DNA from: Eledone cirrhosa
Taxonomy: Eukaryota
Assembly: GCA_964016885.1 (NCBI GenBank)
Contig: CAXHJY010000955.1
Span: 1-64,000 of the forward strand
DNA: 64,000 bases
Direction of reading: 5' to 3'
Notes under the pieces: model-generated
The model's input: only the letters and a program-made list of their open reading frames with translations
Told to the model about the DNA's origin: nothing
The model's database searches: none
Made by a program: the position numbers and the translations under genes
Part shown: piece by piece, positions 25,666 through 37,599 of the stretch
How the letters are laid out: every line of letters starts with the position of its first letter
Position numbering within the stretch: the stretch's first letter is position 1

Positions 25666-26919
25666 TTTGTAAGGGGATTGATGAATTTTTATTTAATGCT
25701 TCATACAAATAAGTATCAGTCAAGTACTGGGGTCAATTCCTCCTCTACATCTTTTTCTCATTTCCTTTCTGTCCTTCTCTGGAAGAAATCTTGTGTATTT
25801 AGACTTGGAGACGAGATGGGCTCTGCCAGGTTTAAAAATTGCCCTAGAAATGCTGTATATCATTACAGCATACAACTCCTTTAGGAGTTACAAGATAATA
25901 CATACATACACCTGCCCATTGCTTTTGGGTGATGGTACTTATTTTCCTATTTATATACAATCTAAAATTTATACCTGCATAGTGCGTTCCTTGAACATAA
26001 TCTATGAGCTGACCGAGATTGACATTTTTTTTTAACACCCACGTCCCAACAGACACACATTTACTTTATGCTGCTTGCCTAAGCATTACAATAAAAACAA
26101 AAAAAAACTGTTTAAAGAATAAGCGGTTTATCTCTTAAATCATTAGGTGCTGTATGCATGCATGGTCCCAAAACTTCTGAAGGAATCGTAGTGGCGCCAT
26201 ATTGATATACAGCATTTCTAGGGCATTTTTAAACCTGGCAGAGCCCATCTTCTTTCTAGGTCTGAATACAGCATATTTCTTCCAGAGAAGGATAGAGAGT
26301 GAGAGACTGGAAGTGTGAAAGAGATATAGAAGAAGAATTTACCCCATTACAAGACTGTTACTTTTTTTATCTACCCTGAAAGGATGAAAGGCAAAGTTGA
26401 CTTCGGCGGGATTTGAACTCAGAAAGTAGAGAGCCGAAACGAATACTGCAAAGCATTCTATCTGACGTTCTAACGACTCTGCCAACTCACTGCCTTCATT
26501 CGATACTGCATTGTACATAAAATAAACATTTATGCAAGAATTCTGGAAGACAACAGGTTATGAGATGTTATCAGCAAAACTAGCTATACAGGGGAAATAA
26601 CTCTTTTCATTGCTTATGAAAAAGAAGGGACTTTTGGTTTTATTTATACTATCATAACAGCGTATATGTTCTGTGTGAAGAATTGAATTAATTGAATTAG
26701 CCACGAATAATGTAAAATTAAGTGATTTTGAAATCGTTATTCTCATTTTGAAGCAACATATACTCACTTTGAGATGACACATTAGAATTTAAAGACACTA
26801 TTATTTGTTTATTGTATTGTGTTGACCAAATGTGATGCATGGCAGTGCGCAGTCGATAAAATAAAGTACCAGTAATGTACTGGATGATTGCTGGCCTCGT
26901 GCCAAAAGTAGAAACAATT

Positions 26920-27400
26920 ATTTTGCCTTCTTTAATATTTTCCCAATGTGTGGTGTGAGGTTCCTGCTTCGTACCTGTATGGGCTGTAACGTTCTAGTTG
27001 CCAATTGTTAACGTTTGCTCCCTTTTGGACCCTCTTTGTGGGGTTTCCGGATATACAGCCCCTTTGTGCGTCCAGTCTTTTCGTCATTAGATGAAAACTG
27101 TAATATATTTTTCGAACGAGTCCTTCTACCTAAGACCCAAATGCAACCCTTGTTATCCCACATGAAGGATGATGTAGTATGATTACTTTTATTGAATCTA
27201 ACCATACTGCAGTTTATAGTGGTCTTGTTCACGTCAGTCACTAAATTTGGTCATTTTCTCTAACCGGCGAAAACTAGGCTTTTTTAGAGGTGACCTTTAC
27301 TCGCTTCGTCGGAACTACATCGCTGGGTTGTGAGAGTTTTCCTGACAGCTAACAGTGTTATTGTTCTATCTTTCCTGGTAGCTTACAGCTGTTTCGTCCA
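26920..27400 (-). mobile_element. Penelope-like element 3' fragment
   Basis: Remnants of the GIY-YIG C-terminus (WDNK..., TKGLYIRK) and a partial hammerhead half gacgaaacagctgta. Confidence 0.4.
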
Positions 27401-28322
27401 GAGTTGCTTATTTGTTTAGAAGGGGCCCACTTATTGTAACTACCCATCATATCTGGCCATATTGCTATTTGCAACCTGTGACCTGTTCTCTAGCAGAAAA
27501 GCTCTGCCATGTGAAGTTAGTTGGATAGTTGTATTTAATGTTCTTTGGCATTGCAAGAAGGATGGTGCTGAATGTTGCTGGGACTATTTTAAATCTACAC
27601 TAGTCTTCAAGGTAATTGAGTTAAAGTTGAAGTAGTTGTGCCAGGAGAACCTTGCAAATGACCAAATTAGATGGGAGTGTATCCTGAAATGAAACCTGAA
27701 GATGTTAGAAGAGAAGCTCTTGGATGCTGCTGTGGAAAATCAGGCATGCAGAAAGAAGCACAGCAGTACCAACAGACTAATGAACACATAAAGATGTGAC
27801 CTCTACAACAGAATCTGTCACTTCAGCATTGGTCCTTTCAGCTACAAGTGGCACTGCTTCTAGATAATATCTAAGGAAAAATAAAAAACTACATCAAGAT
27901 TGCAGTCATGGTCAGTCAAAAACCAAAGGCGACTTTTATAAGTTGTACAGTTATTTCCGTTGAATTGTGTGATAAAGTAACTGTGATATCATCTGCATTG
28001 GGTGGCTTACATTGCAGCACCAGCACTACCATTTTACATAATGTAGTGGGTGGATTGTATTCATAATTGAAAATTCCAACTTGTCATATATTGTGTCATA
28101 CTGATTTCGTTTGGAAATTACATTAAGAGTACACATATTTGTGGAATACTCAACCACATACACGTTGTTCCATTAAGAGTACACATATTTGTGGAATACT
28201 TAACCACATATACATGAGTTCCATTGATTGAATAACTGAATGTTCATCATTGAAACCAACAGAGAATTTCTGATGATAATGTTGATGATGAACAGTTGGT
28301 GAGAGAAGAATTTGCCATGTAG

Positions 28323-28725
28323 CAGTGGGATGCAGAGGTTTGGTGATGCCCAGGGCCATCTCTTTGATTGCAAGCCCCTAAAACTCAAGTATAAGGGCTT
28401 GTACTGAAATATATGAGCAAAGAAGACATTTTAAATATGTTAAAACAGATGAAGTATTAAATAAACACTTCAAATTAAAATAAAATCAGCCACATTAGTT
28501 TTGCCTGAGAATACACATCAAATTTCAAGTTAATAAATTATTCAACCTTTTGAACTTGGTGGAGAACTGGGCACAGGCTTTGGATGAGTGCTTGAGAAAT
28601 CTAAGTGAGTGCTCTGCTCAGTAGCCATATTGAATAGAGAATCCTGTATGATTCTTTGGTTCAATGCCTCCACTATGTGTCCCAATATGGATGCCCAGGG
28701 TTTTCAAATCATCTGTCTGTCACTG
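28323..28725. mobile_element. hAT-type MITE, same family as 472-902
   Basis: cagtgggatgcagag start and ...gtcactg end. 8-bp TSD ccatgtag/ccatatag. Confidence 0.8.
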
Positions 28726-29099
28726 CCATATAGGTTATGTGAAGCAGAAAGTCATGTCTGGGGAGAGATTACCATATGAATAGTTGGTTTAGTGAGATAC
28801 CTAAGAATGTGTTGGTGTAAATAGTTTAAGATGTCACTGGATTAATATTATTTTGTTTTTCATCCTGTATTACCAATATGGTTTCTATACTTGGATGTGT
28901 TATCTTTATTAATTATATTTGGCTACTGGTAACATATAACCCAGTACAACTTATCACCTGGTCAGGTCATTGGTGACTAAACCAGCAAATCCACTAAGCT
29001 AGCTTGGTGAGGAAAGTGATTTTTGGAGACCCTGCTTCCGAGTAATAGTCAGATGAGGATTCAGGACCTACTGCCATCACTTTTTCCCCCAATGAGAAT

Positions 29100-29590
29100 T
29101 ATGGACATACAGCATCATATAGATTAGCACTGGTGCTATTGTCTGTAGTCCCTCACATACAGTATCATATAGATTAACATTGGTGCTACTGTCCATAGTC
29201 CCTGACATAAAACATCATATAGATTAGCATTTGTGCCATTGTCTATGGTCCCTGACATACAGTATCATATAGATGACCATTGGTGGTATTGCCCATGGTG
29301 CCTGACATACATCATATAGATTAGCATTTGTGCCATTGTCTATGGTCCCTGACATACAGTATCATATAGATGACCATTGGTGCTATTGTCTGTAGTCCCT
29401 GACATACAACATATAGATTAGCATTGGTGCCATTGTCTGTGGTCCCTGGCATATAGCATCATATAGATTAGCATTGGTGCTATTGTCTGTAGTCCCTGAC
29501 ATACAACATATAGATTAGCATTGGTGCTATTGTCTGTGGTCCCTGGCATATAGCATCATATAGATTAGCATTGGTGCTATTGTCCATGGT
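29100..29590 (+). repeat. Minisatellite, 50-bp unit with 47-bp variants, about 10 copies
   Basis: catatagattagcattggtgctattgtctgtagtccctgacatacagtat at 29116, 29166, 29216 and onward. Confidence 0.9.
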
Positions 29591-29844
29591 TCTTGCTCCA
29601 CAGCAATGAGGATGGGAAGAAACCAAACCAATATGTTAAAATGTAATCCGGGTATGTAACCTGATGGAACAGTTTGTGAGTTGACTGGTAGTAGGTATAT
29701 GTTCATTATGTTTATGCTGTTTAGCAATGGGTGAACCCTCATCAAATAGACCTATGGTTAAAAGCATTTTAAAGCTAATCTGTAGGTCTAAGCTAATCTG
29801 TCAAGCCCAGTCTACATTATCTAAGTAGTCATTTTTTAATACTG

Positions 29845-30325
29845 TATGGTATAGTTTGATTCTTTTGAATGGGTGTGAGACTTGGACTCTCACAGCTGAC
29901 ATGGAATGAAGAATCCTGTCATTTGAGCACAAGTGCTTCAGAAGGTTGCTACATGTCCCATACACGGAACACAAAACAAACAGCTTTGTCAGGCAGCAAA
30001 TTAACAAATATGCTGGAAGACATGAACTGCTCTTTGCGATAGTGAAAAGTCGGAAGGTTGCTTGGTATGGTCATATATCCCATCACAACTCCTTGTCCAT
30101 CACCGCCCTTCATGACACCATTGAGCGGGGTGGGGGTGGGGTGGGGTGGGTGAAGAAGAGGCAAAGAAAATCCTGGTCCAACAACATTAAAGACTGGACT
30201 GGTCACAACACCGAGACCCTTCTACGCACGACGAAGAACAGAGACCAATGGTGACAACTAACGGCAAAAGCATCTAGAGTGGCATCCCAACGACTAGCTG
30301 CACCAGTTGTGGGAACATAATGATG
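29845..30325 (+). mobile_element. RTE-type LINE 3' fragment (third family)
   Basis: VKSRKVAWYGHISHH...RQRKSWSNNIKDWTG. Confidence 0.75.
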
Positions 30326-31247
30326 GTATAGTTTGAGGGAGATTTGACTGGTATTTCTACCAGCGAGAGCAACCACATAGAGGCTCTAGATGAGTGTTTT
30401 GTGTTTTTATTTTATATTTGAATGACTACATTTCAAATATGTGGTACTCATAGTTTCCAAGTTTCATCTGTGGTATCTATGTATTGGATGCAAGATTATA
30501 TATATTAAGAGTCTCCCACGACGGTTTGTGTATCTTCTTTTAAAGGATATGATCAGTAGTGTAGCTACAAGAGAGCGGCCTGCTTCGCATGACACTTGGT
30601 TTACTGCATTGTGTTTCGTAGGAATGATGGAGGTGGGGCCGGAACCGCGGGAAAGTCTACTTTTAGACAGGGGGGTCCGACGTGGCACTTCATACACGAA
30701 AAAATTAGAATACACAGCAAACCATCCAATTTTACATATCAAAGTCGGCTTGGCGCAAGTAATTGGAATTGAAACGTTATACATACAGGTGTTAAATAAA
30801 AAAAATCTAACCACCCTTAAACTAAAAAGTCCATCAGAGGGCACAAATAAATTGCTCTAGCCGTCGCTGGAGGGGCCCCCTGCAGTAGGGGGCCCCGGGG
30901 CACCCCCCACCCCTGTTAAATCCGGCCCTAGTATCGGGCATCATGCCGAAAGGATGGTACAAATTCTAGCTACGCTACTTGGTGTAATTAGAGATACGAG
31001 GTTTCATAGCTTTGTTTCGTGCTCTGTGTGTGTACATATGTTGATAAAATAAATAGAAAATATTTCTGTGCTATTGTTATTCTGTGACATTGACTACTTT
31101 TGGTTGATGCTGTGTATTTTGTGTGTGATGTGTTTGTATTTTAGTATGGTAGTTGCTGTTTAGTCTCTGATCAACCCTGGTGAAGAAACATACCGCTGAT
31201 CAAAAGCGTTCTAGTCGTGATCATCCCGTATTATTTGTATATCAGAC

Positions 31248-31430
31248 GGTGGATTGGCAGTATCGGTAGAGGGTCGGACGCCATGCTTTGACGCATAGAG
31301 TTACGGCCCTTGCCATTCTGAGTTCAAATCCCGCCGAGGTTAACTTTGCCTTTCATCCTTACGGGGTCGATAAAATAAAGTACCAGTAATGTACAGGGTA
31401 ATTTCTGGCCTTGTGCCAATAGTAGAAACA
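31248..31430 (+). mobile_element. Young full-length tRNA-derived SINE with TSD
   Basis: Nearly identical to 47375-47566. attatttgtatatcagac is duplicated at 31230 and 31431. Confidence 0.9.
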
Positions 31431-32103
31431 ATTATTTGTATATCAGACACTACATTGTCGAATATATCCTGCAAAATATAATTTGAGGGAGATTTGACTG
31501 CTGTTTCTTATCAGAGCGACCACGCGTGATATAGTGGTTGTTTTTGTTGCACCAGGATTGTTGTAGTAAAAGATATAAGAATGCACTTTCAAATTTTCTG
31601 TGGTTTTCGGGTGTGTTTAAGGGAGTATTTCTTTTACTGTGATGTTTTTCTGTCAACTTAACATTTAACAGACCTGCCGCAGTAAGACTTCTCCTTTCCG
31701 CCATAGCATATTACATTTATATTTAGTGGTGCTTTTTTAAAAATATATATTTTAAATCAAGGTTTTAAAGTAAAAAAATATATAATAATTAGGTAGTATA
31801 CATATACTTTGCTTAGTATGGGAGTTTAGTGGAATGACAACCGAGACAAAACAAGTGAGAAAAATAAAATACAATACCGAAACGAAATCTAAAATATTAG
31901 AAAAACAAAACAAAAAAAAAACGTGTATATAAATATATTGAGGAAACTTCGCGAATTGATTCAAGAAAGTCAGCAGTTGATCGATGGAACCGAACACCAG
32001 CATCGAACAAAAAAAAATTAATTGGAACGAAATTGTAACAACTATGTATAAAGCGAAGAATGTATAATATTGGAATTATATATTAGTGACAATTAGAACT
32101 AAC

Positions 32104-32370
32104 CTCTTTGGGGCAATATTTATCACAGAATATAGCACATCGGAGGGGAAAGTCAAATCCATCTTTAATTTGAAAGTTATTATACCAGTCAGCACGGCTG
32201 GAAGCCTGAGGAGTTCCATAATGAAGATACATATAGTCATTAACTAGTTTAGGACTTTCGTAGACATTTTTCTTTTGTGCTTTACAACATAAATAATATC
32301 CATATAGAGTACCTCCAAGTAGAAATCCGCAGCTCCCTGATATAACTGCAACTGTATAAATGCCAACCAT
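32104..32370 (-). CDS. Exon 1 of 4, stand-alone OvoA-C-terminal-like (4-mercaptohistidine N1-methyltransferase-like) SAM methyltransferase; N-terminal hydrophobic anchor
   Basis: ATG at 32370 with an in-frame TAA 15 nt upstream. Encodes MVGIYTVAVISGSCGFLLGGTLYGYYLCC...NVYESPKLVNDYMYLHYG...FDFPLRCA...PKE (89 codons). Donor GAG|gttagt, phase 0. Confidence 0.85.
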
Positions 32371-32934
32371 ATTTTTTGTTGTTTATTGATGTCTGCTGTT
32401 GTTGGTGTTATGATGCTGAGACCGAGTATCAATTACTAGAAGTCGCACTATCCAGATAGTTGGCCAATTTCTCGATCACAGTGACCTTGATTACTCTTTA
32501 TAACCGTAGTTTCTAAAAGAGCGTGTGTGTTTTATTCACAGCCCTATAAATAACATTACAAATTGTTTATAATCTTTATAATTATTACAGATTGAAAATA
32601 TAAACACATATAATAAGTACAATTAATTATTGCTAGAAACTTCATAAATATATGATCACAGCTAGAGAAAAACAACCACTATAGTTTTGTGCCGACTCTC
32701 GACTTTCTTAGTGCATAACTTTCTTAATAAAACATTTTAAAAGAAAATTTTGCAAGGACACATTTTTCATGGCGTAGATTATAATTGTGTTGATAAAACT
32801 AATTTTCTTTTTAAATTATAAACTACTTTTTTTTAAATGACACTTTCATGATTGTATATAGTTTTGTTAATTAACGCTTTCATTTACTAAATTAATAATA
32901 CTTTTATTTTATCAAGGTGTATAATAATATAATT

Positions 32935-33200
32935 CATTGAACAATAATGATAGAAGAAAGAGGGGTGGGGGGAAATTCACCATTAAGCACTTGAGGGTTA
33001 ACTATACACTTTGAGGCAAGCCAACACGCTCGTAGCATTGTCACGGGTGATGCGAGACTAAGGCGCGGAAATAACTAGACACCCTCACGGACATTACCTG
33101 ATACCGCGGAAAGGTGAGCCGCCAGCGATGATAAGAACTTCGCTGACAGAGGTCCAACCATCCCAAACGTTTCCAATTGCCACAAGCTGGAAAAATACTA
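32935..33200 (-). mobile_element. CRE-like retrotransposon 3' fragment upstream of the methyltransferase gene
   Basis: With frameshifts: YFFQLVAI/ETFGMVGPLSAKFLSSLAAHLSAVSGNVREGV*LFPRLSL/ITRDNATSVL. Confidence 0.7.
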
Positions 33201-33699
33201 AACTAGAAGACTAGACACAAACTCTGAAATTTGTTTATCATACCTTTCAAATGCATGCTATTAAATAATATAAATCAGGATATTGTCATGGCTTTTTTGC
33301 AGGTACATAATATCATTTATACAACAAAGAATTGGGGGGTGGAGTGGGTGGGGAATGTCTAAAAAATATCATTAATATAAGCGAATGGTTCTTAAAAAAT
33401 ATCATTAATATAAGCGAATGGTTCTTATATAATATTATGTTGGAATATTTTAATTTAAATTGGAAACCTTTAAAATGGTTGATTTTATTTCATAGAACCA
33501 GAGCTGGTTTTGGCCAGGTTGGTAACAAAAGGGTTAACCCCAAGTAAAGCCATATTCAAGTAGACTATTGATCAAAGACTTGCAGTACATGACCATTCTA
33601 TCTTTTTATTATACAAGGTACTTTTTTATTTTAAGTAACAAAAGCTATCTACTACTTTTAGTGAACTTTCTTAGCATTTGAGTGGGTTTATTTCATGAG

Positions 33700-34775
33700 T
33701 AACCTTACTATTGACTATTCTTGTGTACTTATCTCATGGAATCTACCTCCTCTGTAAGGTTACCCATGATCTCATTACACCTCTTGTCTATAAATTGATC
33801 ATGGTTATTTTACGGATGGTAGCAGAGTCCTATCATTTTTCCTACTCATTAAATATTTAATCTTTGTTAGGTTTACATTGAAACTCGTTGATTCCAGATT
33901 TTGTTTCCATATTTGAAATTTTGCTCTAATTATTCTACAGTTTCTGCTATGAGAACTAGATCATCAGCATACAGGAGATCCTATAGACAACCAGTTTTGA
34001 ATTAATTTATTATGACCTTGAGAACTATAATAAACAGGAGGGGGTCGAGGACTGAGCCTTGATAGATTTCATCATTGTACTCATCACTGACTCTCACCTT
34101 ACTGGCTACACTTCTATACATAGTATGTACAGCCCTCACAAGTTATTCACTTATCCTGAGCTTCCTAAGTGACCACCAAATTAGAGAGTGTGGAACCCAA
34201 TCAAAGGTCTTATCCAAGGCAACAAATGTTAACTATAAGTACTTTGCTAAGTACTTCTCCTGCAGTTGTCTCACTAGAAATGGCATTGGTAGCATTTTTT
34301 CCAGGCACAAAGCTGCATCTCCCTAAGATTAACTCTGTCTCTAATCAATTATGTTATCAAGCTCTCTTTAATATTCATAATCTGTTCCAACTATTTCATG
34401 CCTCTATAATTGTCTTTCTCTAGTGCATCTCATTTGCCCTTGTAGTAGTTGACAATGATGATGCTACATCAGTATGACAACTTCCTATACTACCTGATTA
34501 ACTATGAGCTACTGGTCGGTGTCCTATTCCACAGATAGTTTGATCAACTCAGTGACAATCCCGAATAGACCAACTGCTACCCCTACTTTCATATTCTTTA
34601 TTGCTTTATCTTCTATACTGCTGTCAACTTTGATGATCGGTTCCTCAATTGGTTTATTCGTGGATAAACCCTCATTCTCTGTCAATCAAAGTTAGCAACA
34701 GTATGGTCAATAAAATGATTAAGGATATGAAGGTAGGGAAAGCAGCTGGTTCACCAGAAATAGCTGCTGACACGA
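33700..34775 (-). mobile_element. Degenerate RTE LINE RT fragment with a short inverted piece at 34690-34775
   Basis: YADDLVL, QGSVLDPLLF, LDKTFDWVP remnants. Confidence 0.7.
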
Positions 34776-34911
34776 TTAACCCTTTCATAACCATATTTCT
34801 AATGAAATACACTCTATTTCAATTAATTAATGAAAAATTTTGAGGGATTTATTAGAATTATTAATTATTTTATTACTAAGATATTAACTTAATGTAAGGT
34901 TCTTATATAAA

Positions 34912-36351
34912 ACTAGCTGCAGTACCCAGTAATACCCGGGAAAGGTTTTTTGCAGTTCCCAGAGTGCGTCTGAAAATGCTAGCAACCGTGGGTGCCCATA
35001 CTGGATTTTCAATAGCAACCTTTGCTAAGTATGTTTATGGCAGATAAATTTTTTGTGTAAGTCATAAGTCCTTCCATCCAGCTCTTTCATTCAGAGTGAA
35101 TAAGCCGGGGACGTTTGAGCTGGAAGAGTATCGAACTTATTCAACAAACTTATGTATAAGAATAACAAACTTACTACCTTAGCACTCAAGAACAAACACA
35201 GAACAATTGAGGAAGTCATCACAATTATTGAAGAAATTATAACTGAGTGAACATATTTAGGAACTGTTCAAGCACCCTGTATATCACTGTTTGAAGCAAT
35301 TCAATAAAACCATCCCGTCCCCCATAGTAGACATAACTCGAGAAAACACACCATAATAAGTTGGATAAACAATCAGAAGTGTTGGCCCCAAAGAGGGCCT
35401 TATAACGTTCACTGTTGCAAAGTGTCAATAATGGGTGAGAAGTTACATCTTAATTTGTGTTAATCTTCCCACGATCTGACACCTCAAAATATTGACAAAA
35501 TAAACTCTACTCTCAAAGATGGCATGTTACAATTAACATGCCGGGAGTACGAATATTCGTCAACATATTATTGGGTTTTATTCTTCGGACTAATCTCATG
35601 GTAAGCCAACTTCCAGGTCATTGATCATCACACTTTTTTGTAACTTATCACCGTTCCTGCAGTTGACCTTAATGTAACCTAAGCGTGTGCACGTGTTCAG
35701 AATCCATATCAGTGGATGTGATATATATATATCTATATCTATATATATATTAATAAGAGGAATTCCAACTTTGTCTGATTTACTCGTTTTATTTACAATC
35801 CTTTAAAATTTATAATGGTATTAGAATGAAATAGTATGGTAGAATATTAAGTGTTAAGTGTTAATTGAACAAGTACTTTCATGCTTTCGCAATCTTCAGG
35901 CTCATATTCTGTGGTGACAGTCAAGTTTGCAATTTTCAACAATATATATATATATATACACACACACAGACATCTGTTCAGTTGTCAACCAAAATTAGAT
36001 TGTCGTCTGCTTTGTTTGAAATTTCTCTATGTATATTTCTAATAAGTTGTTGCCTCGTTTTGGAGGACTGAGTTGTGGGAGGGGGAAGGGGATTAGTGGG
36101 AGGGAGGGTTTAACATACAGTAGTAGTATCTCCTCTTCCCCCTCTCTCACTGAAATGAATTCTCTTCCCTCCTCCATTGTAAAGATGTCCCCAGGGTTCC
36201 ATTATTAATTTTTATTGAAATCCAATCAGCCAGCCTGTTTCTGAATATTAGCTTAACATGTGAGTAAAGTTCCATCAGGATCGGATCACTGGTGTAGGCG
36301 CCAACTGGTTATACACATACACAGACAGACAGAAATTGCCATTTATATAGT
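34912..36351 (+). mobile_element. Helentron-associated-like element nested in a piggyBac-like MITE
   Basis: actagctgcagtaccc...cccggg start and acagacagacaga...tttatatag end. The flanks rejoin as the MITE (aaggttcttatataaa|aattatgttggaag). Confidence 0.55.
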
Positions 36352-37324
36352 AAATTATGTTGGAAGATTTTAATTTAAATTGGAATCCTTTTAAATGGGT
36401 GGTTTTATTTCATAGAACTAGAGCTGGTTTGGTAACTATTTAACAGGGCTGGGCACAGGCTAATCACTTGTATAGTTAACTAGTAGAATGGCCCGTTTAT
36501 TGGCATGTTTATCCCTCCTTTCTGAAACAGTACAGAGAAGTACAGAATACCTCAGCTTGGAGATAGTGTCTACATTTTGTGCTTATAAAAAAAATTTGTC
36601 GTAGATTACCAGGGGTTTATCTTAATTGGGTGCCTTAGAGTAAAATGTTCAACCCACGAAAGCCAAGACGATAGGGTTAAGTAAAAAGGCATTCGCAGAC
36701 CCAACATGTATTTGTTGTGCTATGGTACAATGAAAGCAATAGTTACAGAGCAGTAAGCATGTGGGACTGCAGTGGTGAAGAGCATGAAGGAATTTAGTTG
36801 AATACTTTTAAGGTTACAAAAATCTACCCAATCTGATATAGACCAAACTGTTATATCGGATGCCGAACGCTTCGGAGTTACTATTGGGGTCACCATCAAC
36901 AATTTCAAGGGATGTATGTTTAAGTAGGGATAATATAGTCTATAAAGAGAGGTAACTCTTTCAAAATACTAAAGAGTTGTCTCTCTTGAACATTGTAGAC
37001 AAAATTGCCAAACTGACAAAAAGGGCTTAAAGTTTTAGTGAAAAAAAAACGCCTTTAACAGCAGAAAATTGAAAAATAAAAGCTGCAGTTAATATCTTTA
37101 GACCGCAAGGAATATATAAATGCAAGTTTGAAGTCAATCGAAGTAAAAATGTGGATTTGTATTGACTTTTCAAAATTAGGACACACAGACAGCTTCAGTT
37201 TTATATATATGTATAGATGTATAGATGAAGTAGTGCAGACTGGCGTCATACCCAATAACTGGCATAACAGCATCATTATCAACTACTACAAGGAGGTAGC
37301 ACCATACTCTGGTTGACTACATCT

Positions 37325-37507
37325 AATAATTGTTTCTACTTTAGGCACAAGGCCAGCAATTACCCAGTACATTACTGGTACTTTATTTTATCGACCCCGT
37401 AAGGATGAAAGGCAAAGTTAACCTTGGCGGGATTTGAACTCAAACTGTAAAGGGACGTAACTATGCTAGAAAGCATGGCGTCCAACCCTCTACCGATACT
37501 GCCAATA
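37325..37507 (-). mobile_element. tRNA-derived SINE
   Basis: Reverse complement of 47375-47566. Confidence 0.88.
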
Positions 37508-37599
37508 CATGCAAGATATAATGCAAATAAACTTAATACTATGAGCTCTATAATGCTATAAAATATTTATACCTATGATGTTCTTTATTTATGATGTAC

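Noticed and set aside
30441-30860. Overlapping 139-aa and 126-aa ORFs in intron 1
   Set aside because: No recognisable motifs. The region ends in a GC-rich ggggcccc...aatccggccct terminus typical of non-autonomous DNA transposons.
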